DNA of 24,611 bases, from IMG/VR virus record IMGVR_UViG_3300017908_000121, positions 1-24,611 of that record. One strand, given 5' to 3'. This document shows positions 16,912 to 24,611 of the stretch, piece after piece. The number at the start of each line of letters is the position of its first letter. Position 1 is the first letter of the stretch. The position numbers and the translations under genes are program-made. Under the pieces are notes generated by a model that was not told the DNA's origin, ran no database searches, and was given only the letters and a program-made list of their open reading frames with translations. The DNA comes from a virus. Taxonomy: Duplodnaviria; Caudoviricetes.

Positions 16912-17694
16912 TTAAACGTAAGTGATTCTTACCATTCCAGAGCCGCCTTGACCGCCCTGTCCACAACAACGACCACAGTATGTAGTCATCGCACTTTGAC
17001 CACCAGCTGCATATGGAGCAGTCCAACAACCGCAACGTATCCAACACTGGTCTAACTGTGATTCTGTACTTGATACTAAGAATGGAGCACCAGTACTACA
17101 GTGCTTATTAACGTCACCAGTACAGTGACAGTTCCAGTGACCTGAGAAACCGTCTTGGTGTCCCGCCATTGCGAAGTCTCCTCCCCAAGTTCCAGGCGAT
17201 ACACAACACCAGTTTCTTGATGTACATGCAATAGACCAGTCACCGTTTGCACAACCTCTTGCACCACCATGAGCGCAGAAGTTACTTAAATTGTAACCAT
17301 TAACGTATGAAGAACATCCGTTACATCCATTACACTCTCTCGAACAACATCTGTAAACTCCACCAGCGCATACAGTATAAGAACAACCCCCAGTTGTGGA
17401 GATTGTCTTAGTGTTATATGTTCCACCAGAAGCACCTTGGAAATGTTGACATCTGTTACATGAACATGCACCACTTCCGTTTCCACCAGCACCCCAGAGT
17501 TCAAAAGTTACCTTTTCAACTCCACTAGGAACTTGCCAGTTGCAACAGCAGCCAGGTGTGCAGTAACAGGGATGACCAAAAATATGTTTTACACAATATC
17601 TTGGTGCCACCCCACTTTCAAGTTTGGCAACAGCAATAGTGTTGTTACCAATCTGATCTGCTCTTACTTGTCTATATGATCTATAGTTGGCCAT
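16912..17694 (-). CDS. Cys/Gly-rich virion-associated protein, paralogue 1
   Basis: Same scaffold; 30 Cys in 260 aa. Confidence 0.8.
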   Translation of the reverse strand: MANYRSYRQVRADQIGNNTIAVAKLESGVAPRYCVKHIFGHPCYCTPGCCCNWQVPSGVEKVTFELWGAGGNGSGACSCNRCQHFQGASGGTYNTKTISTTGGCSYTVCAGGVYRCCSRECNGCNGCSSYVNGYNLSNFCAHGGARGCANGDWSIACTSRNWCCVSPGTWGGDFAMAGHQDGFSGHWNCHCTGDVNKHCSTGAPFLVSSTESQLDQCWIRCGCWTAPYAAGGQSAMTTYCGRCCGQGGQGGSGMVRITYV

Positions 17695-17746
17695 TTACGA
17701 TCCAGAAAATTTGTACGAGAAAAAACATAATATAAAGGATCTCAAA

Positions 17747-20700
17747 TTAGATGGAGAAGATTCTCCAACCGTATGTGTCACCTGAGAATACTAGACTAAA
17801 TGCAGCACCCTCTGTGTTAACAGTTAGGTTAGCGTTGTCGCCCTGTATTGGTTTTCCATTACGAGAAACGGTTAACGCATTACTATCAAATGTCTTAGCA
17901 ACATCATAGAATGTAATTTTCGCACCTAAGTCAGGAGATGCAGGGAGTGTTGCAGTAACACCACCACCATTTGTGTTAACAAAGTAGTTCTTTCCAACTT
18001 CAGCAGAGAAACTAGAGTTAACTGTACTGTATGACTCAACACCTGGCTGAATCCATGTTGTACCGTTATAGTACTCAAGAGCACCTAATGTAGTGTTGAA
18101 TCTCAAACAACCTGTGTTAAACTCATCGTCGATACCGCCAGGTCTTTGAGCAGTTGTACCTACAGGAGGTGTCATTGCCTTAGTACCCATTGAACCGCGA
18201 GTGATGAATCCCTTAACAGCAAATTCTGTAGGACATGCACTGTTTGAGTTACCTGACATTGCAGGGTCAGAGGAGAATTCAGATATCGCCTCACCGACCT
18301 GACCTCCAAGAGAACCAAGTCTCAATTCTGTCAAACCAGATAAGTTGAACGCTGAAGCATCCAATGTTGCACGACCAGTCAACTGGTCAACGGAGAAGAA
18401 GTCTCCAACTCTGAAGTTACCACCTTGGTCGGTTGATACGAAGAACACCTTACCAGGCCCGAATACGTTAGTCTCATTACCTTGGATAACGTTCGCCAAG
18501 TTGACGTTTGGATATCCAGTTTCTGTCTTATTACCAGTACCAACTGCGAGGAAGTCATGTCCTGTTAGTCTTGCCTGTGAGAACAGAGTTCTAACTTCGA
18601 TTTGAGAACCGTTACCAGATCCTAAGTTTCTAGTATCCCATGTACCAGTTGCCTTCTCAGGTGAGACGGACAATGTAGCACGGTTATAGTATACCGTTGA
18701 GAGACCTGTTTGCGATCCAGCTCGCCAAGCTATGTAAGTTTGAGCAGCTGCGACGTTCGTTATAGTGTTAATAATGAAGAATCTATCAGTTGCACCATAG
18801 AGTGTGGTTGTGAATCCAATAGCGTCACCGACCAGTAGACTTGATGAAATATTGTCTACTTCCATGATAGTTCCTTTCTGTCCTGTGACTGAACTTGCTG
18901 CTGCTCCAACTGTAATTGAACCAACACCAGAACTTGCCTCAGCACCAGCACCGAACCAGATGATTTCTCCATCTACGAATCCAGTAGTACCGATTCCAGC
19001 GTTACCATATCCAGGCTGATACTTGAAGTAAATCTTATCAGCAGTGATTTGGTCGTTTAAGAACCATGCAGATGCCTTAGATGTCTGACCGAACATTGTA
19101 GCACCGATTGCTAATGTTCCTGCCTTACTTACACCGTTGACTGAAGCCATGTCACCGAAGACTGTTGCAGTTCTTGGAACTTCATCAGTTGAGAAACCAG
19201 ATGAGATAACACCATAGTCTCCATAAGAGTTGTTACCACCAACACCCCTGATTCTTGATCCACCACCTGAGTAGTAACCCCACTTAGCGTAGTATGTGAA
19301 ACAGGAAACGATTTCAGAGATTGCACCCTTATCAAGAATGAATCCAGCACCGTCAGAACAAACGTGTGTGAAGGCGTCAAACACCATTGATTTCGCACCA
19401 ACGTCGTGTACACCACCATCGATGAATACACCAACAGCACCACCACCGAATCTGCCACTCTCAGTTGCAGGGTCAGAGAAACAAGTACAGTCCTTAACAT
19501 AAGGTGACTTATTGTTAATTGGTGAGTCTGGGTTCAAGGAGATGAATACACCAGCAGCAGTTGTTCCAATACCAGTTCTTAGGTTAGCGTTGTCAAGAAC
19601 AAGTGGAGCATTAGGATCATAATGGAATCCTTCCATTCCTTTCATGGAGATCGCCTGAATAGTTGTTGCATCAGACATCTTGAACATGTGTGATCTGCGG
19701 TTTGGAGTTACAGAATCATCAGATGTTGCATCTTTTGGTAGAACTTGAGAAGCTCTCAATGCGTTACCGATAATTGATGTGAATGGAGGAACTGTAATTG
19801 GTAACTGCTCGTAGAATTGTGAAGCAGATAGTTTCAAGATCGCAGGGGTTAAGTCTGTTACTTGTCCACCTTCAACATATGTGTGGTTGATAGATGAAAT
19901 ACCAACGTTAGTCTTGAAGTTGTCTGTATCAGGAACTTCTAGAACTTCGTAGTAAGACTTAGATACCTTATCAGGATACTTGGTTGTTGTTAGACCAACG
20001 AACGCAGTACCACCAGATTGATAAGCATATGCAATTGTTGAAACACCAACGTTAAGTGCAATAGAGTTAGCGTCAGGAACAGCAGTAACATTGAATTCGT
20101 AAGAACCTTGAGTATGTACAGCAGGACCCTTCCCAATGCTTGACTGACTTTCTGCACCAGTACCAACATTAATTGTAATAGTGTTAGTTGTAACAGCAGT
20201 AATGTTTAGAGCTGTGTTGTATGCAGGGTCGGGTGATCCGTCTCCAGCAACCTGTCTAGGATATGGGTGATCAGTTGTATAACCGTCCATTGAACAACGG
20301 AATGTCATACCTTCTGTTTCTAATCTTACAGATGTACCAACTGTTAATGAGTGAGCACCGATTGTGCAAACCATGTCTCCAGTGTCTTGGTTGTAAGAAA
20401 CAGCTGTTGGTTTGTGATCTACGATTGGAGATGTACCAACGTTTACAGTGAATGTATTAGTTGTTGTACCTGTAATGTTTAACTGTTGTCCTTGTGCAGG
20501 GTCTTTGCCAGGTCTAGGATATGTCTTCTGAGTAGCATTGTTGTTCATTGTACATGTGAACGTAAATGCGTTATCAGCAATAGTAATCTTATCGGAAGTA
20601 GATAAACTATGACCAGCAAGAGTCATTACAAAGTTACCACTTGTTGCGTCGTATGTTGCACCTGTTGGAGTGATAGAAGAACCACCAACAACTGTAACAC

Positions 20701-22186
20701 CGTTTGTTACACAACTGTTAAATGTGTGAGCGTAATTACCACCAGATTGGATAGCATTGTCTAATGCACTCTTGAATTGGTGTTGGAATCTTGCAGTACC
20801 TGTATACTGAACACTTAAGTTTCTAAGTCTTACAGTTGCACCGATTCCGATTTCTGGAGCAGCACCAAGACCGATAGCAGTGATTGTTGCAATACCAACT
20901 GCACCGTTGAATGTCATACCCAATACGTTGAATACGTTACCTCCAGATAGACACTCAAACTGAATATCTTGTAACTGAACGAACGTACCAGTGTTTAGTA
21001 GACCGTGGCCAGGAGCTGTGACTGTTGCCACACCAGTGGAAGCGGTGTACACCATATTGGTGATGTTTGTTTTAGGACGAGCAGCAACGCAAGCCTGTTT
21101 AATAGTCTTAAACGCCAAGTTAGGTGCAAGACCATTGTTTGTGTCGATTCCGTCTTCGGAGTCAACATAGTAAATTCTTGTCTGATTACCTACAATCTCG
21201 TAGCCAGGTAGTCCATTTGACTGAACTGCAAGAGCATAACCAGTAGAACCGATACCGATTCTTGTGTTACCACCGTTGTAAGTAAGTAAGTCACCCTTAG
21301 TATTAAGAGCAGCAGATGAGTCACCAGATGCAAGTACTTCCCAGAAGGTTCCAATACCAGCTGTAGGAATTACGTTGGTATGTGAGTTACCGATTGAGAT
21401 GAAAGAATCTGAACCGTATCTTGCAATATGGCCAGGATGGTAGTTGAAGGTAGTGGAGAAGTTACCTACAAAATTAAATCCTTTAACCAATAGATCCCAT
21501 ACAGCATCACCATTGTAAGCACTGTCGCCTTCAGATCCTACGCCGACCTGTAGTGGAGATACGTTAGTTGTGACACCAATCTTATGTCTGTAGATGTTAC
21601 CACCATACTGTGTAAGGTCGCCTCTGTAGAATGAACCTTCAATGTATGTTGATGCGGCACCAGCAAGACCGTCAGATAATATTGTCCATTTAGCGTTAGG
21701 GTCTGTAGCAATTCCCAAATACGCTGGAGGTTGGAAACCAGCAAGAGAAGTGGATAACGCAACATAAGATGAACCGTTGTAGTTTACAACGTCACCTGAT
21801 TGGTATTCACTATTCTGATCCCAGTCGCCTTCGCTCTTAAATCCTTTTACATATTCGACAACCTTCGTTTCATCAATGAAAGTTCCTTCTGATGTGTGAG
21901 CAGTTACAACTCTATAAACAACGTTACCAAAAGTAACTAGGTCGTTGATGCGGTAGTAAACTCCAGCACTCCATTCGCCTTTCTGTTCTAAACCTTCAAT
22001 GTGAACGTTCCAGTTTGAAAGGTCGTTGGAATAAAAGTCACTGATATTGGCGGTTGACGTGTGGTTTGTGATTGCCACATAGGTGTTTCCACCAAACTTT
22101 ACGATGTCGTCAATTAGGTAGCTTTTGTTAACTGCCCAATCACCTGTCCAGTTGAATTTTACTCTTCCAAGTCTAAACTCAGCCAT
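17747..22186 (-). CDS. Large tail-fibre / virion structural protein
   Basis: MAEFRLGRVKFNWTGDW start; repeated W....Y...D.V...G..Y modules; YYVDSEDG.D.N.G.....AFKTIK beta-helix lead-in; GHDFLAVGTG, STDQGGNFRVG, PVGTTAQRP and RFNTT..ALEYYNG; C-terminal TLPASP..G..I...D repeat; GGAG Shine-Dalgarno. Confidence 0.85.
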   Translation of the reverse strand: MAEFRLGRVKFNWTGDWAVNKSYLIDDIVKFGGNTYVAITNHTSTANISDFYSNDLSNWNVHIEGLEQKGEWSAGVYYRINDLVTFGNVVYRVVTAHTSEGTFIDETKVVEYVKGFKSEGDWDQNSEYQSGDVVNYNGSSYVALSTSLAGFQPPAYLGIATDPNAKWTILSDGLAGAASTYIEGSFYRGDLTQYGGNIYRHKIGVTTNVSPLQVGVGSEGDSAYNGDAVWDLLVKGFNFVGNFSTTFNYHPGHIARYGSDSFISIGNSHTNVIPTAGIGTFWEVLASGDSSAALNTKGDLLTYNGGNTRIGIGSTGYALAVQSNGLPGYEIVGNQTRIYYVDSEDGIDTNNGLAPNLAFKTIKQACVAARPKTNITNMVYTASTGVATVTAPGHGLLNTGTFVQLQDIQFECLSGGNVFNVLGMTFNGAVGIATITAIGLGAAPEIGIGATVRLRNLSVQYTGTARFQHQFKSALDNAIQSGGNYAHTFNSCVTNGVTVVGGSSITPTGATYDATSGNFVMTLAGHSLSTSDKITIADNAFTFTCTMNNNATQKTYPRPGKDPAQGQQLNITGTTTNTFTVNVGTSPIVDHKPTAVSYNQDTGDMVCTIGAHSLTVGTSVRLETEGMTFRCSMDGYTTDHPYPRQVAGDGSPDPAYNTALNITAVTTNTITINVGTGAESQSSIGKGPAVHTQGSYEFNVTAVPDANSIALNVGVSTIAYAYQSGGTAFVGLTTTKYPDKVSKSYYEVLEVPDTDNFKTNVGISSINHTYVEGGQVTDLTPAILKLSASQFYEQLPITVPPFTSIIGNALRASQVLPKDATSDDSVTPNRRSHMFKMSDATTIQAISMKGMEGFHYDPNAPLVLDNANLRTGIGTTAAGVFISLNPDSPINNKSPYVKDCTCFSDPATESGRFGGGAVGVFIDGGVHDVGAKSMVFDAFTHVCSDGAGFILDKGAISEIVSCFTYYAKWGYYSGGGSRIRGVGGNNSYGDYGVISSGFSTDEVPRTATVFGDMASVNGVSKAGTLAIGATMFGQTSKASAWFLNDQITADKIYFKYQPGYGNAGIGTTGFVDGEIIWFGAGAEASSGVGSITVGAAASSVTGQKGTIMEVDNISSSLLVGDAIGFTTTLYGATDRFFIINTITNVAAAQTYIAWRAGSQTGLSTVYYNRATLSVSPEKATGTWDTRNLGSGNGSQIEVRTLFSQARLTGHDFLAVGTGNKTETGYPNVNLANVIQGNETNVFGPGKVFFVSTDQGGNFRVGDFFSVDQLTGRATLDASAFNLSGLTELRLGSLGGQVGEAISEFSSDPAMSGNSNSACPTEFAVKGFITRGSMGTKAMTPPVGTTAQRPGGIDDEFNTGCLRFNTTLGALEYYNGTTWIQPGVESYSTVNSSFSAEVGKNYFVNTNGGGVTATLPASPDLGAKITFYDVAKTFDSNALTVSRNGKPIQGDNANLTVNTEGAAFSLVFSGDTYGWRIFSI

Positions 22187-22221
22187 TTTTTCTCCGTGTA
22201 ATTATCTGAGGGGGGATTTTT

Positions 22222-22626
22222 TTACTTTGGCCCAATAGTGTTATATGCGTAGTCAGGCCCATTGAACCTTATAACGAAAAAGCCATCATCATCTATGTAA
22301 TAGTATAAGTTTCTGCGGTCAAAGCGAATCTGTTGGTATTTATCATTCGGATCATCTACAAGTTTTTTAACCGTTGCGATATCATTACGGATAATAGATG
22401 TTTTACCAACACCAACATCATAGCAACCATAATCTAAACCATCACCGAATTCTGGTATAGCAGTTCCATCGTTACGATAGAATTCTCCTAATTCTGTTGA
22501 AGCAGCACTAACTTTTGAAAACAGTAACATGTCGTCCGCATCTCTTCTGAGTGCATACACGAAAAAACCCGACGATTCAGAGGGGTCAAACTGTCCAGAA
22601 ATTGAGTTACTTAGCGTAAGTGCCAT
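22222..22626 (-). CDS. Hypothetical protein, probably structural
   Basis: 134-aa ORF co-oriented in the fibre cluster; C-terminal KYQQIRFDRRNLYYYIDDDGFFVIR resembles small cyanophage ORFs that precede fibres. Confidence 0.75.
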   Translation of the reverse strand: MALTLSNSISGQFDPSESSGFFVYALRRDADDMLLFSKVSAASTELGEFYRNDGTAIPEFGDGLDYGCYDVGVGKTSIIRNDIATVKKLVDDPNDKYQQIRFDRRNLYYYIDDDGFFVIRFNGPDYAYNTIGPK

Positions 22627-22628
22627 AG

Positions 22629-23087
22629 TTAACTTGCCCTATTGTTGAATACTTTCCAAAGAGTTCCATTCCAAATAAAGGTCACTGACGCACCCGAAAC
22701 GTCCATAATAAAGGGTGAAGATTCTCTAACTAAATGTCCATTCTCAAAACTGTATTGTGATACAACATTGATTGGATGAATACTAAAGAAATTAGCAAAG
22801 TCTTCGATCCATACCCAGTCACCAACCGCACGAGGAGTTGGCATGGTTAAATCGAATCCAGAGGGACTATTTTGTGAATCGACTGTATACTTTTGGTTTG
22901 TCGCCAAGGTATAGTTTCCAGATACAAACGTCCATCTTGCTCTCGCAAGTTCAAATCCGCCAGGAGTTGATCCGTCGTGAACAACCGCCGTATTCTTGTC
23001 AGTATCTACCGTTATCTCTGCTAGAGCTCCAGTAAAGTTAAAGTGTTCAGCTGTCGTTCCTTTTCTAAATTGAACCTGCTTTGTCAT
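22629..23087 (-). CDS. Small structural protein: Mtd-N-like domain plus fibre/baseplate-type repeat
   Basis: QVQFRKGTTAEH..FTGALAEITVDTDKNTAVVHDGSTPGG resembles major-tropism-determinant N-terminal domains; the C-terminal half resembles the last domain of the 1479-aa protein. Confidence 0.75.
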   Translation of the reverse strand: MTKQVQFRKGTTAEHFNFTGALAEITVDTDKNTAVVHDGSTPGGFELARARWTFVSGNYTLATNQKYTVDSQNSPSGFDLTMPTPRAVGDWVWIEDFANFFSIHPINVVSQYSFENGHLVRESSPFIMDVSGASVTFIWNGTLWKVFNNRAS

Positions 23088-23119
23088 AAATCTATGTCAA
23101 ATAGTTATGCTTCTCCATT

Positions 23120-23127
23120 TATTTATA
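23120..23127 (-). promoter_or_regulatory. T4-type late promoter TATAAATA
   Basis: Perfect TATAAATA just after the stop of the upstream gene, 33 nt upstream of the 23087 ATG. Confidence 0.75.
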
Positions 23128-23131
23128 GGAA

Positions 23132-24610
23132 TTAAATAATAACAACGTAGGTTCTACCTTGCTCGAAGACGAGGTATTCAGTTTGACCAACGCCAAAGGT
23201 ATTAAGTTGACCAATACCAACGTAAGTTGCACGAGTGAGAGATTCTTTAGATCCAGCGAGTCCCTTAAAGGATCCTTGAGTTGTGTAGTTGCCTTTTCCG
23301 AAGGATTCGAGAGCTGTTCCACCTGTCTGGTAAAGGACGGCAACTCCAATACCAATTGACGGAATGTAACGAACGTCTGGGTGTACAAGTGAAGTATTGA
23401 ATATTGTGAGTGTTCCTGATGGAACGAAGTCTTGGAAGACTGATATCTTTCTGGTTGGAGAAATACCAGATATTGTTGTAATACCAGATGTGCCTGGATC
23501 TTTGTCGTCTCCGTAGTATCCGTAAACTTGATTGAGAGCGGTAAGTGCAGAGGCTCCTTTTGTATCGAAGAGGACTGTACCCTCGACAGAATCTGCTGTA
23601 AATCTGAGAACAGCAGAACCAGAGAATGTTGCAATACCAGATCCGACCTCTGGAAGTTTTGCTCTCTCCCCAGCAATTCCAGAAATAGTAACATTTCCAA
23701 TACCAGTGTACGCTGGTGTGTAATCGATATCTGGATGTGTAAGTTCTCCAGATATTGTAAATGTACCAGATGGAACGAAGTCTTGGAAGACTGATATTTT
23801 TCTTGTTTCTGCAGCACCTGTGATATCTGTAAGAATTGCTCTTGCAGAAGATGGTTCGACTGTTGATTCTGCAGCACCACCAAATACACTGAATGTACCA
23901 GATCCGTCGTGAGATAGACGAACACCTGTAATAGGATTGATATCTCTTCTGAGTGTGAGAGTTCCAGATCCATCGTACTCGAATCTGCGTTGAGCAACCC
24001 CTGTACCAGATAGTGTAAGTGTTGCAGTATCTTCTGGAGTCTGTGCAGAGAAGGCAATATCTGCCTCTCCATTGAATATGGATGTTCCAGCAACAAGTTC
24101 TGCAGCTGTTGTACTCTCTGCGATACCACCGATTGCGAATAGAGAACCAGAGCCAACTTCGGAGAATGTCGTTGCTTCGTCTTGAGCAGCACCACTGTAA
24201 GTAAATGCTCCAGTACCATCTGTTTCGTAGATCTTGATGATCTTCTCTTGAGTGAAGATGCCACCTTCCTGACGGATAGTAATTTGACCAGATGTGCCTG
24301 GATCTTTGTCGTCTCCATAGTATCCAAATACAGAAATTGGTCTTGCTTCTGCTCCAGTTGTCTGGAAGTCGAATAGGAGAGATCCAACACCAATCTCTGT
24401 TGCTGGAATGAATCTTTCCTTCGCACCGAATTCGACTCCTTCGAGATCTCCTTCCTCGTCTGGGCCTCCAACACCGTTTCCAGCAGTACCAATACCAAGA
24501 ATGTAGATAACACCGTGAGTAGAAATAGGTGCGTTTGTTCTGGATATTGAACGACCTTGAAGTGTGATGACAGGGCCAACAGATGGGTATTTCGGAATGA
24601 ACCTTGTGGT
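23132..24610 (-). CDS. C-terminal part (~490 codons) of a large repetitive virion structural protein; start lies beyond the window
   Basis: Manual translation in a frame absent from the track gives TTRFIPKYPSVGPVITLQG...GYYGDDKDPGTSG...GSGSLFAIGGIAES...GSGTFSVFGGAAES...EQGRTYVVII*, with TAA at 23132-23134. G/S/T-rich repeats and codon usage match the neighbouring fibre gene. Confidence 0.85.
   Translation of the reverse strand, partial: TTRFIPKYPSVGPVITLQGRSISRTNAPISTHGVIYILGIGTAGNGVGGPDEEGDLEGVEFGAKERFIPATEIGVGSLLFDFQTTGAEARPISVFGYYGDDKDPGTSGQITIRQEGGIFTQEKIIKIYETDGTGAFTYSGAAQDEATTFSEVGSGSLFAIGGIAESTTAAELVAGTSIFNGEADIAFSAQTPEDTATLTLSGTGVAQRRFEYDGSGTLTLRRDINPITGVRLSHDGSGTFSVFGGAAESTVEPSSARAILTDITGAAETRKISVFQDFVPSGTFTISGELTHPDIDYTPAYTGIGNVTISGIAGERAKLPEVGSGIATFSGSAVLRFTADSVEGTVLFDTKGASALTALNQVYGYYGDDKDPGTSGITTISGISPTRKISVFQDFVPSGTLTIFNTSLVHPDVRYIPSIGIGVAVLYQTGGTALESFGKGNYTTQGSFKGLAGSKESLTRATYVGIGQLNTFGVGQTEYLVFEQGRTYVVII
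23418..23797. repeat. 29-bp exact direct repeat (23418-23446 and 23769-23797), encoding ISVFQDFVPS
   Basis: gatggaacgaagtcttggaagactgatat occurs twice. Confidence 0.9.
23483..24325. repeat. 39-bp direct repeat with 1 mismatch (23483-23521 and 24287-24325), encoding GYYGDDKDPGTSG
   Basis: accagatgtgcctggatctttgtcgtctcc(g/a)tagtatcc occurs twice. Confidence 0.9.
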
Positions 24611-24611
24611 A

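Noticed and set aside
15302-17694. Cys-rich genes as classical RiPP or lanthipeptide precursors or selenoproteins
   Set aside because: They are about 260 aa with a structural glycine-rich scaffold. There is no leader peptide pattern, no LanM/YcaO/radical SAM enzyme in the window and no in-frame TGA.
436-21765. Numerous 60-125-aa antisense or alternative-frame ORFs in the track (for example 436..678, 8905..9237, 9701..10057, 19129..19500)
   Set aside because: They lie within well-supported genes, lack recognisable motifs and are expected shadows.
22208-22224. A-run/C-run (minus strand TAAAAAAAATCCCCCC) upstream of the fibre gene as a terminator or slippage site
   Set aside because: No complementary arm for a hairpin, and it lies after the stop codon, so there is no support for a frameshift.
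15302-23087. Diversity-generating retroelement suggested by the Mtd-N-like domain and paralogous tips
   Set aside because: No reverse transcriptase and no template/variable repeat pair differing only at adenines was seen; paralogue differences are ordinary divergence.
23119-24579. 486-aa minus-strand ORF in the track
   Set aside because: It is the +1 shadow of the real frame ending at 23132. Its L/Q/V-rich composition is what GxT/ACA-rich codons produce when shifted. The real gene's NTA codons are mostly followed by T, which keeps this frame open. An overlapping gene cannot be formally excluded without dN/dS or proteomics.
1-24611. tRNA, rRNA, intron, homing endonuclease or CRISPR array
   Set aside because: Intergenic gaps are all under about 90 nt and no such motifs were recognised.

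Overview
This window is from a T4-like myovirus genome, most likely a marine cyanophage (Prochlorococcus/Synechococcus-phage type; the host is inferred, not shown). Nearly all genes are on the minus strand. In transcription order (right to left) they are: the 3' end of a large repetitive virion protein, whose true frame is missing from the ORF track; two small structural or hypothetical genes; a 1479-aa tail-fibre-like protein; three tandem Cys/Gly/Trp-rich paralogues; a tail-fibre chaperone-like gene; a ~9.3 kb enzyme island; and the core morphogenesis genes gp13, gp14, gp15, gp16, a hypothetical gene and the 5' end of gp17. The island encodes a GT9-like glycosyltransferase, a NodU/CmcH carbamoyltransferase, a flavin-dependent halogenase, split HldE nucleotidyltransferase and kinase, a HAD phosphatase, a cupin, three 2OG-Fe(II)-type oxygenases and an HldD epimerase. 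The most interesting element is the pairing of the Cys-rich triplet with a nearly complete NDP-heptose synthesis, transfer and tailoring cassette. This suggests a virion (or host-surface) chemical decoration system, which is a hypothesis and not demonstrated. All family assignments come from motif recognition by eye; no searches were run.
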